This document shows positions 52,507-64,000 of a DNA stretch of 64,000 nucleotides, piece after piece. The position numbers were made by a program, and so were the translations under genes. Source of the stretch: the human T2T-CHM13v2.0 reference genome, Homo sapiens. Where the stretch lies: NCBI RefSeq assembly GCF_009914755.1, contig NC_060929.1, one strand, 5' to 3'. Below the pieces are notes generated by a model. The model was not told where the DNA came from, made no database searches, and saw nothing but the letters and a program-made list of their open reading frames with translations. The stretch's first letter is position 1. Each line of letters starts with the position of its first letter.

Positions 52507-53409
52507 TACAGGGGTGATAGAGTTAATGTTATTTATTTTTAATTTCATTTCCTCTATTGGCATTTAGCCATACTACTTTGTAGTTTTATTGAGATTAAGG
52601 GATTACCAGATGAATCCTTAACATTACATATCAAGTGTAATTAGAGCTAAATTTAAAAAGTCTTCCATTTATGATTCCATCCATTGTGCCATCATTGTTA
52701 TCTTTTACTTCAACATACATTAATGACCACATAACACATAGTTATTATTTGTTTTCTTACATATTCAGTTTGTCCCTTAAATAAATTAAGAAAAGATAAA
52801 CTTTGGTTTTATGTTTACTGATATATTTACTATTTCAGTGCTCCTTTTTTTCTAATTTTTTGTGCTATTTATTTTCTTTAGCTTGTAAAACTTAAGCATT
52901 TTTTATAGTTCTATATCTTCTGTGGCTAGACTCCCACAGTTCTTGCTTATCAAAATATAATGTTAATTTTGAAAGATATTTTGTTTGATCTCCAATACCA
53001 CACTGCCTTGATTACTATAGCTTTATAGTCAATCTCAATGGCAGATAGTGTCAATCTTCTGACTTTGTTTTTCCCTGTTGAATATTGTATTGACTATTTG
53101 AGATCTTTTGCCTCTTCATATAAACTTTAAAAACAATTTGTTAATACGCACAATGTAAATTGCTGGGATTACATTGAATCTATATATCAAGTTGGAAAGA
53201 ACTGACATCATGACAATATTGAGTCATCCTATCTATGAACATGGAATTGCTTCATATAATTAATTCTGTGATTTACCAGAGTGCTGTAGTTTTCCTCATT
53301 TAGATGTTGTACTTATTTTGTTAGATTTATACTTCCCTTTTCATTTTTGGGATGCTAAAGTCAATGGTATGATATTTTAAATTTCAAATTCCACTTTCTC
53401 ATAGCTGGT

Positions 53410-55694
53410 TGATATGGTTTGGCTGTGTGTCCCAACCAAAATCTCATACAGAATTGTAGCTCCCATAATTCCTACATGTTGTGGAAGGGACACAGTGGGA
53501 GATAATTGAACCATGGGGTCTATTTCCCTCAGACTGTTCTCGTGATAGTGAATAAGTCTCACAAGATATGATGCTTTTATAGAGGGTTTCAGCTTTCTCA
53601 CTTCTCTCTCATTTGTTCTTGTCTACCACCATGTAAGATGTGACTTTTGCCTTCTGCCATGATTGTGTGGCTTCCCCAGCCATGTGGAACTGTGAGCTAA
53701 TTAAAGCTCTTTTTCTATATAAATCACCCAGTCTCAGGTATGTCTGTATTAGCAGCATGAAAATGGACTAATACAGTCAATTGGTACCAGGAGTGGGGTG
53801 CTGCTGTAAAGATACCCAAAAATGTGGAAGCAACTTTAGATCTGGGTAACCAGCAAAGGTTGGAACAGTTTACGGGGGCTCAGAAGAGGACTCGAAGATG
53901 TGAGAAAGTTTGGACCTTCCTAGAGACTTGTTTAAAGGCTATGACCAAAATGCTGATAGTGATATGGACAATGAAATCTAGGTTGAGGTGGTGTAAGATG
54001 GAGATGAGGAACTTGTTGGGAACTGGAGTAAAGGTGACTCTTGCTATGTTTTAGCAAAGAGATTTGGTGGCATTTTGCCCTTGCCCTAGAGATTTGTGGA
54101 ACTTTGAACTTGAAGGAGATGATTTAGGGTATGTGGCGGAATAAATGTCTAAGCAGCAAAGCAATCAAGAGATGACTTGGGTGCTGTTAAAAGCATTCAG
54201 TTGTAAAAGGGAAACAGAGCATAAAAGTTTGTAAAATTTGCAGCCTGATGATGCAATAGAAAAGAAAAACATATTTTCTCAGGAGAAATTCAAGCCAGCT
54301 GCAGAAACTTGCATAAGTAATGAGAAGTCAAATTAATTGCCAAGACAATGGGAAAAATATCTCCAGGGCATATCAGAGACCTTTGCAGCAGCCCCTCCCA
54401 CCACAGTTCTGGAGGCCTAGGAGAAAGAAATGGTTTTGGGACTGGGCCCAGGGCCCCCCTTCTGTGTGCAGCCTAGGGACTAGGTGCCCTAAACACCTGT
54501 CACTCTAGCCATGGCTAAAAGGGACCAAGGCACAGTTTGGGCCATGGCTTCAAAGCTGTGATAGCTTCCATGTGGTGTTGAGTCTGCAGGTGCGCAGAAG
54601 TTAGCGATTGAAGTTTAGGAACCTCCATCTAGATTTCAGAGGATATATGGAAATGCCTGGATCCCCAGGCAGAAGTTTGCCACAGGGGCAAGGCCCTCAT
54701 GGAGAACCTCTACTAGGGCAGTGCAGAAGGGAACTGTGGGGTTGAAGCCCCCACACAGAGTCCCAACTGGGACACTGCCTAGTAGATCTGTGAGAAGGGT
54801 GTTACCATCCTCCAGACCTCAGAATGGTAGATTCACTGACAGCTTGCACCATGCACCTGGAAAAGCTGCAGGCACTCAATGCCAGCCTGTGAAAGCAGCC
54901 AGGAAGGAGGCTGTATCCTGCAAAGTCACAGGGGCAGAGCTGTCCAAGAGCATGGGAACCCACCTCTTGCATCAGCATTACTTGGATGTGAGACATGGAG
55001 TCAAAGGAGATCACTTTGGAGCTTTGAGTTTTGACTGCCCGCTGGATTTCAGACTTGCATGGGACCTTTAGCCCCTTCATTTTGGCCAATTTCTGCCATT
55101 TGGAATGGGTGTATTTATCCAATGCCTGTACCCCCATAGTATCTAGGAAGTAACTACCTTGCTTTTTGTTTTACAGGCTCATAGGCAGAAAGGACTTGCC
55201 CTGTCTCGGATGAGACATTAGACTGTGGACTTTTAAGTTAATGCTGAAATGAGTTAAGAATGTAGAGGACTTTTGGGAAGGCATGATTGCTTTTGAAAAG
55301 TGAGGACATGAGATTTGGGAGGGGCCAAGGGCAGAATGCTATGGTTCAGCTATGTGTCTCCCTCAAAACCTCATCTCGAATTGTAGCTCCCGGAATTCCT
55401 ACATGTTGTGAGAGGGACCTGGTGGGAGATAATTGAATCATGGGGATGGTTTCCCCCATACTGTTCTTGTAGTAGTGAATAAGTCTCACAAGAGCTAATG
55501 GTTTTATAAGTGGTTTCCACTTCTCTCTTCCCTCTCATTCTCTCTTGTCTGCTACCATGTAAGATGTGCCTTTTGCCTTCTGCTGTGATTGTGAGGCCTC
55601 CCAACAATGTGTGAGTTCATTAACCCTCTTATTCTTTATAAATTACCCAGTTTCAGGTATGTATTTATCAGCAGCATGAAAATGGACTAATACA
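53410..55694 (+). mobile_element. Full-length THE1 (THE1B/D-like): LTR 53410-53775, internal region, LTR 55337-55694
   Basis: TG...CA termini, polypurine tract gggaggggccaagggcagaa before the 3' LTR, perfect 5-bp TSD ctggt. Confidence 0.96.
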
Positions 55695-56064
55695 CTGGTA
55701 TATAGAAAAGCAATGGAATTTTTAATATTAACCTTTTAACCTGTAATCTTGCTATTAATATAATTGCTTATTAGTTCCAGTTTGGAGAGTTTTTTTTTCT
55801 CAATTATTCAGGTATTTTATAATAATAATCATGTCATCCTAGAACAAAGATAGTTTTCTTTCTTTCTTTCCAGTCTATATACTTTTTATTTTCTTTGCTT
55901 GTCTGATTGCTTAATGCTAGGACCTCCAGGATGATGTTGTGGTAAGAGGGAACATCCTTGCCTTGTATTTGATCTTAGTGGGAAAATTTTTAGTTTCTCA
56001 CAGTTATGTATGATGTTAGCTGTAGGTTTTTCCCTAAGTATTCTTTACCAAGATGGAGAAGTTA

Positions 56065-56066
<2 letters not shown>

Positions 56067-56097
<31 letters not shown>

Positions 56098-56384
56098 AGA
56101 CAGAGTCTCACTCTATTGCCAGGCTGCAGTGCAATGGCGCAATCTCGGCTCATGCAACCTCTGCCTCCCAGGTCCAAGTGATTCTCCTGCCCAAAGTAGC
56201 TGGGATTACATGCGCGTGCCACCATGCCCAGCTAATTTTTTGTGTGTGTTTATTTATTTATTTTTTTAGTAGAGACAGGGTTTCACCACGTTGGTCAGGC
56301 TGGTCTCGAACTCCTGACCTCATGATCTGCCTGCCTTGGCCTCCCAAAGTGCTGGGATTACAGGCATGAGCCACCGTGCCCAGC
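56067..56384 (-). mobile_element. Alu (AluSg/Sx-like)
   Basis: 30-nt poly-T; TSD agaagtt. Confidence 0.93.
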
Positions 56385-57429
56385 AGAAGTTCTCCTTCTA
56401 TTTCTAGTTTACTGAAAAATTTTTTAAAAATCATGAATGGGTGTTAGATTTTTGTCAAATGCTTTTTTCTGTCTACTGACAATCAATGAACCATGCTTGC
56501 ATATCTCGAATAAATCCCACTTAGCTGTGGTATATAATTCTTTTTTATACTATTGGATTTGATTTACTGATATTTTGTTGAGGATTTTTGCATCATTTTA
56601 TGGGTGATATTGTTCTATAATTTTATTTCCTTGTAATGCCTTTGGTTTTGGTAGTAGGTTAATGCTGGCCTCAAAATAAGAAGTATTTCCTCTATTTCTA
56701 TCTTCTAAAAGAAAATTGTAGAAACTATGAATAATTTCATACTTATATGCTTGGTAGAATTCACCAGGAAACCTCTCTGGGCCTAGTACTTTCTGGTTTG
56801 GAAGATTACTAAATACTGATTAAGTTTCTTTAATAGCTATAGGTCTGTTCAGATTATCTATTTATTCTTGTGTGAGTTTTGGTAGATTGTGTCTTTCAAG
56901 GGATTAGTTTATTTCATCTAAGTAATCACATTTGTGGATATAAAATTATTTATAATATCATCTCATTATCCTTTTAATGTCTATGGGATATGTAGTGATG
57001 TCCCCTCTTTCATTTCTAATATTAATAATGTTTGTCCTTTCTTCTTTTTTCTTAGCCTGGCTAGAGGCTGACCTATTTTAGTTATCTTTTCAAATAACTA
57101 GCTTTTGGTTTTATTGATTTTCTTTATTGATTTTTCTGTTTTCAATTTCATTTATTTCTATTCTAATTTTTATTATTTCTTTCCTTCTACTTTGAATTTG
57201 CTCTTCTTTTTATAGTTTCCTAAGAAGAAGCTTAGATGATTGAATTTAGATCTCCCTTCTTTTCTAATATAATGCATCTAATGCTATAAATTTCCCTCTA
57301 GCACTGCTTTCACTGCATCCCACAAATTTTAATAAGTTGTTCAATTTAATTTCATTTTTAATTAATACAAAATTTTTAAAAATTTCTCTTGAGTTTTCCT
57401 CTTTGACCTATGTATTATTTAGCATTGTC

Positions 57430-58880
57430 TGATTTCTAATTGTGGACTGAAGGTTTATTAATTTGTGTGTTTTTTTTTTCTATAAAGCACTTCAAAGAAC
57501 TTGTAGCATTATTTTTAGGCTGTCATTTTTTCAGATGAGAAGTAAACACTCATTTGTGTTGTTGATCTTCTGCACATAAAATGTCCTTTTCTTCTAGTTG
57601 CTTTTGAGACATCTCTCTTTTTTTCTAGTTTTCATCCATTTGATTATGATATGCCTGGATTGTTTTTTAAAAAATTTATATTACTTTAAGTTTACTCAGT
57701 TTCTTGGACACGTAAGTTGGAGTCTTTCTTAACAATTATTTATACAAATATTGTTTTCTGTACCATTCTCTTTTTTCTTCTTAGACTCCAATTATACCCA
57801 GCTTATATCCCAATTAAGTATGTTGTAACTATTAGTATTGTACATTGGCTATAAGCCTCTGTTGATTTTTTTTCAATTTTACTGCCCTTTTATTAAATTT
57901 ATCTTCAAGTTCACTGAGTCTTTTTTTGTGCTGTTTAATTTGCTATTAAGCCAACCCAGTGAATTTTTTATTTAAGATATTACATTTTTTAGTTTTAGAA
58001 TATTATTTATTTTTGCCATTTCACTGTAGAGATTTCTTAACAAGCCACTCAATATATTTTTCTTGAACACCTTAAATACATTTACGTGGGTCACATTGAA
58101 GTCTTGTTTCAGTGAACTACTATTTGTTTCTTGATGTAGTCAGTTTTCATTTTTTCCAATGTCTAGTAATCTTCTGTTGTATGTGTGAAAATGTGGATTA
58201 AATAACATAGAAGCTTTGATTATGTTACTTTAAAATGTATGGAGTTTTGTTAAGGCTTTGTTTATTTTTTGTTAGACTAATATTATGCATTTCCCCTTTC
58301 GTCACCTTTATCGAGGTCTTGTTCCTTAATTTAGGACATGAGTTTTACCATTAAAGCAGTCCTTCTGTGGGGTCAACTGAGTGCCTGAGGTGCTGGAGGA
58401 GGAGGTGGGGTCTGCATATGCTAATGTCTCCTAGCCCTATACTATCTCTAGTCTATTTCTCAGTACACCTTCGCACATGTGCAGCTCAGCCCTAAGCCAA
58501 GACCAGAGCACTACACTCCACCCCCAATATTTGAATCCACTCTCTGTGTAAACTTTTCCTCTGTTTTTCAAATTCCATCTGCTTCAGAAGCATCAAGCTT
58601 AATATTTGCCTCTTCAGCACAGTGAGTCTGTCTATTCTGCTGGGTTCCATTGACCTGTACTGCATTTCAGAAAGAATCTTTAGACAGGAAATTGGAGCTA
58701 AGATGTAGCTTATGCCTTGTGTTTCCCTTCTGTCAGGCACCCAAGTTCTAAGATGATTGTTTTCCAATGTCTGAAAATAGTAACCATATATTTATTGTCT
58801 TCACATATTTTATAGTCGTATATACTCTGAGAGTGAGTCTAGCACCACTCACTATCTCACATCGAAAGCAGAATTATCTC
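57430..58880 (-). mobile_element. Old L1ME-like ORF1/5'UTR fragment
   Basis: ttttcagatgagaagt, gactccaattatac, atcttcaagttcactga resemble antisense L1M ORF1. Confidence 0.6.
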
Positions 58881-59038
58881 CATTCATTCTTGCAAGAACA
58901 TCTTCATCACTACTTCAGCAATAGACATACTCATTCTTTCAACTTCCTTTTGCTCGTAAGTAGTAATTCCTCTGGTTGTTAGTTTTAGTCACTGGTGTTG
59001 AATTAAATAAACCTGATTAATCATTACAGCTACTGATA

Positions 59039-59430
59039 TTAGGCTGTCATTTTTTCAGATTAGAAGTCAACACTTATTTGTGGTGTTGATCTTCTGCACA
59101 TAATATGTCCTTTTCTTCTACTTGCTTTTGAGACATCCCTCTGATGAAAACTGATGTAGTCAGTTTTCATATTTTCTAATGTCCAGTAATCTTTTGTGGT
59201 ATGTGTGAAAATGTGGATTAAATAACATAGAAGCTTTGATTATGTTACTTTAAAATGTATGGAGTTTTGTTAAGGCTTGGTTTATTCTTTGTTAGACTAA
59301 TTTTATGCATTTCCCCTTTCGTCACCTTTATCTAGGTCTTGTCCCTTAATTTAGGACACAAATTTTACCATTAAAGGAGTCTTTCTTTCTGTGGTGTCAA
59401 CTGAGTGCCTGAGATGCTGGAGGAGGGGGT
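59039..59430 (+). repeat. Composite direct duplication of 57515-57618 and 58132-58406
   Basis: Colinear high-identity matches, e.g. tatgtgtgaaaatgtggattaaataacatagaagctttgattatgttactttaaaatgtatggagttttgttaaggctt is identical in both copies. Confidence 0.95.
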
Positions 59431-59540
59431 TTATTATAGTTGCAGTTCTAATATAACCTTGTTTCATTTTCATACACACTATTTCCTCACTTAATGTCAT
59501 CAGTAGTTTCTTAGAAACTGTCTTTAAGAAAAATAACATA

Positions 59541-59671
59541 CAGCTGGTCCTCGAATGAAATCATTTTCTTCAACACTGTTTTGTCATAACATTGACAAGA
59601 AAAAAAAACTGGCTTCATTATAAATTACAGTATTCAAGAATCTATCAGTGATGTTACGTGAGAACTTATTG
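59541..59671 (+). mobile_element. Internally deleted MER47 (Tigger5 derivative)
   Basis: TA-cagctggtcctcgaatga...gatgttacgtgagaacttattg-TA; both ends retained. Confidence 0.75.
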
Positions 59672-59932
59672 TATATGTCTATAGATACTCATGATACTTA
59701 TAGGCATACAAATTTAAATGTATAGATATAGATTTTAAGAAAGAGACATATACAAAGAGAAATAGAGAGTGAAGAAGTAAAAGAAAGACAATCAAGTAGT
59801 TTCACATAATAAATTACATCAAATACCTTGTTTTATTCATCATAATGTCTTCCAAGAGATAGCATGATGTTTACATAATGTAAAAGACTAAACAATTATT
59901 TATTAAATTTTAACATATGCAAATACTCTACC

Positions 59933-60148
59933 TGAGCAATTCTCAAAAGGGGTGATTTTTCCCCCAGGAGACATTTGACAATGGTTGGAGATATTTTTAG
60001 TTGTTGCAACTGAGGAAGTTATACTGGTGTCTAATGGGTGGAGGCCAGGAAAGCTGTTAAATGTTGTATAGTATGGAACAGAGTCCCCTGCAAGAAAGAA
60101 TTATCCAGTCCAAATTAATAATAGTGCCAAGGATGGGAATCCCTGTTC
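59933..60148. mobile_element. MER20 hAT-Charlie element
   Basis: ttctcaaaaggggtgattttt.ccccaggagacatttgacaatg...aatagtgccaagg. Confidence 0.88.
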
Positions 60149-60569
60149 TATTTTAATATAAATATCTGCTCTATGTACAAATATATACTTAACACCCATA
60201 TAAATATATATTGATTCAAATGACATCCTGACCTATCAATGTAAAATAATAATGTGGAGTACACTCTACACTCTTTCTCACACTTAATTTATTTTATATA
60301 TACATAAAATTATGGATGTGTCTGTATAAAATGTTTTCAATATTTACAGTCTTTCTCCCCTCACTTAAAAGTAAATTTATAAAAATAGGGGCTTCATATG
60401 TTTAGTCAGCAGCTACATTCTTAGTACCTTTCCCAGTGCTTGGCACTTGGTAGGTATTCAATAATGAGTGAATGTGCAAATGCATTAATATATTTGTCAA
60501 TTTTTATAGATATATTTTATCTGTTTTAATTTCTATTTCTGAAGGGTTTTATTAAAAAAATAAATTTTT

Positions 60570-60876
<307 letters not shown>

Positions 60877-61070
60877 GAATAAATTTTTAAATCAAAAAAT
60901 AAAAACTTAAATGGTTTGTGGAAACCTGAGTAAAAATTTTAAATATAGCAAATGTCATTCCAAACTACTTTTCATAACTTAAACCTAATAAGTTGGAAGC
61001 ATGTTTTAATAACCTCTAAATCTGCTATTCCAGTCTAGATTAAATTAAACATTATTTCCGTGCTACTCTT

Positions 61071-61372
61071 TTTTTCTTTTTTTTTTTTTTGAGATGGAGT
61101 CTCACTCTGTCGCCCAGCCTGGAGTGCAGTGGCATGATCTCAGCTCACTGCAAGCTCTGCCTCCGGGTTCACGCCATTCTCCTGACTCAGCCTTCTGAGT
61201 AGCTGGGACTACAGGTGCCCGCCACGATGCCCAGCTAATTTTTTTGGATTTTTTATTAGAGACGGGGTTTCACCGTGTTAGCCAGGATGGTCTCGATCTC
61301 CTGACCTTGTGATCCGCCTGCCTCGGACTCCCAAAGTGCTGGGATTACCGGCGTGAGCCACCGCGCCCGGCC
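61071..61372 (-). mobile_element. AluY
   Basis: gcaagctctgcc, gtgttagccaggatggtctcgatctcc; TSD gtgctactctt. Confidence 0.95.
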
Positions 61373-61472
61373 TGTGCTACTCTTCAGAAAGCAGAATTAT
61401 TTCTTAACTGCATTTGGCTAACTTTAAGATCATGGGTTTATAGGTATATAAATACATACAATCTACAGATGC

Positions 61473-61498
61473 GTGTGTGTGTGTGTGTGTGTGTGTGT
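61473..61498. repeat. (GT)n microsatellite
   Basis: About 13 perfect units. Confidence 0.95.
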
Positions 61499-64000
61499 AA
61501 AAGTGCTCAGTGCCTTCATTAAAAGCTATTTCCAATTAAATAGGTCAGAGAAGGTTCATATTACACTACTGTTAAATTGAAGCTGATTTAACTGATTATT
61601 TTCTTGAAATACTATTTAAATATGAAATATTAAAGGAGAAAAAGCTAAAACAAAAAAAAAGGCCCTCAATGGGAGTAGCTATGTGAAAGAAAAATCATCA
61701 TATTTAATATGCGGGTGTGCTGATTTCATAACTAAAAATATTGGCATTTACAAAAAGGGATTACATATTTTCAAAGTTATAAAAACCTGTCTCATATTAA
61801 TCAAAGATAAATTAATATCAGAACATGATAAAGCACCCAAAAGCAGAATTGAAATTACTAAAGGCTACTTTGTGTTTCATCACCTTGGTCTCATTTTATG
61901 AATTCCATCTAGACCAAGAAAGTAAGAAGCCTTGAAAGGACTGTCGAGATTTCTTAGTTTTACCCCTTAAAATATGTTTTAAAATAAAGTGACTGAGGTG
62001 CAGAGTGTTTCATAACATGTTAAAAACTACACTGCTAGCTAGAATCTTCTGATTTCATTCAGCTCTTCTACTTTATTAACTTACACTTGTGGAATATATT
62101 CTAAAACACAAATTTTATTTAAAGAATAACTGCAAAGCTAAATAGATGATAAAATATACAATATAGAAGGGATTTTTGTTCAGTGGAAAGTATAAATCAA
62201 CACACGCTTTCAGAATATTTTTTCTTTTAATGTGACAAACACAAATAAAGTGACCTGAAACTATCTATTTATCAAAACAATTTGTTGACTCTTTCCACAG
62301 ACCTTTTTATAACTGTTTGTTCTGTATTAGGGTAGAGAGAGAAAGACAGGGTCTAAAATAGAAAATGATCTGAGAAATGTCTTTTTGCTAAAACGAAGCA
62401 AAATAAAAGAGCCCAAGTCCTTTAAAGTAATGAAATTGATGATCTACTCATTTAAAATTACAATAGCTATAGGAATGATAAACCAACCATCAATGTCTAT
62501 GTGAAAGAAATCTTTTTTTAAAGGATTTATTTTGTTTGCCTAGAAGCTAACCTCCCTTGGTGTGTGAGTGACAGCTTGGAAATTGAATTATAAATGTAGG
62601 GGTGAGGATTATTTGTGGTAGGAGGTTATACTTCCCGAGGAGCATAACTGAATGGCATACCCCAGTTGGATACTTTGAGGTGACATGTAAAAGCAAGTTT
62701 CAGGATTATAGAAATGTTGGTTATAGCCATATTTACTTCAGAGACATTATGAGCAGGTGGCTCAAATTTTGCTCAGTGTCTAGAAGAAGCATTCCATGAA
62801 ATCCACCAACTTTGGATAAGTGAGATGCTGAAAGTCTTCTCAGAGAAATAACATATTCTTCCCAGAGAAATCTACCAAGTCTCACTTAAAAATTCTGATT
62901 CAATTGTAACCAACAACCAATTACTCCTGCTAGCTTGAATTCCTGATTTTCCTAAATCAGAACTCTTATAGTCTAGTAATACAACTTTTGAGGATGTCAT
63001 TTGGAAACCTACTGATATTCTATTATAGCACTCAGATATTTGTTCTCTTCTAGATGGTGTAATATTTGATTTAAAATGCCAACATGACAAGGAGCTTTTC
63101 AAGTGCCTCTAAATCATGCAGGTAGAATCTCTGACTTTAAGAATAAAGCTGTTTATTGAAAGTATCAGTTAAAAGAATAAATCTTATTAACTCATTAACT
63201 CATATATACCAAGTACCTAGAGAGTATATATATAGCATTACTATAGGTTTTGTGGGATGTTGCAAAACATCCAAGATAAATCTCTAAAGGCACTTATCTA
63301 CTTTTGACAAGACAAAAGGACATGCAATCTCAGTAACCATGTATACACAACCGGCTCTAAAAATATCTTAACACAGGGTCTCCAGCTCAATGATTTGCTA
63401 GTGAAGCATGTGGAACTTCTGTCTGAGAGAAACAGGCTAGTGTTTTGGTTTTATTCTCCAATGTAGTCTGTACATTCATCAGTGACAACTCATCTCATGG
63501 GATATTTCAAGCCTTTATACACAAGAAACAGCCCTGCCTCCTGCTAAGTGTATTCAAATGCTACAAGCAGCTCTGCTTTGCCTGGGTAAAGGAGTTCCTT
63601 TTTTATGTTAACAAAGGTATGTGAGTTTCAGGGGTAATGTTAAAAAGGGAAAGGTCAGAGATGGATTGGAATTTAGGAGCCCCAGTCATTTAAAACAAAG
63701 CAAGAGGATCTTGATCTTCAGAAGCACTAACATACTTTGGAAAAGATGAGTGGAGGAAGAAGATGCAAGACATTAGGAATAACATCTTGAAAAGAAGATC
63801 TAAGCCTAGCACGATCTTTTTTCTAATATTCTAGAATTGATTTTAGGAAGCAAAATATTTGGGCTAGCAAAGACACACAGCTTATCAATTGAGAAATGTA
63901 AGACGTTAATGAGTTTCATTCAATCAAAGTTTGAGATAAATAAGAAAAGTAATATTTCCCAAAGGCTATTTTAGTCAATTCTGCTTGACCCTTTGTTTAC

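Larger units (their letters stand above)
50820..52985 (-). mobile_element. Old L1M(E/C) fragments
   Basis: ttggctattcataataaaactgttataa, aagaaactgccaaa; the track ORF MAILISDKID.. matches a degenerate L1 endonuclease motif (GVAILISDK). Confidence 0.7.
52990..57425 (-). mobile_element. L1M (L1MB-like) ORF2 fragment hosting THE1 and Alu
   Basis: taccacactgccttgattactatagcttt, gggaacatccttgccttg, ttggtagaattcaccagg, gcactgctttcactgcatcccacaaattt. Confidence 0.85.

Overview
AT-rich primate genomic DNA (Alu J/S/Y, THE1 and MER41 indicate a simian genome, probably human), with no CpG island and no supportable protein-coding gene. The longer ORFs in the track lie in Alu, THE1-int, L1 or L2 sequence, and the rest look like chance. 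Much of the window is interspersed repeats: about 18 Alu/FLAM copies, two LTR-int-LTR THE1 (MaLR) elements, MER41A, MLT1/MLT2 LTRs, Tigger3b, MER47/MER20/MER58, L1M, L2 and MIR. A set of good minus-strand splice sites (47.5, 35.4, 20.9, 20.6, 17.0 and 16.7 kb) suggests the 3' part of a spliced lncRNA; I cannot name it. The most notable structures are fossil local rearrangements. One is a ~220 bp flank-plus-Alu segment copied into a THE1 internal region through microhomology. Another is a two-piece local duplication joined by a snap-back templated insert. The third is a THE1 with discordant LTRs and no target-site duplication (TSD). I see no evidence for a new multi-gene system. Repeat subfamily calls come from recalled consensus sequences, and boundaries of old repeats are approximate.
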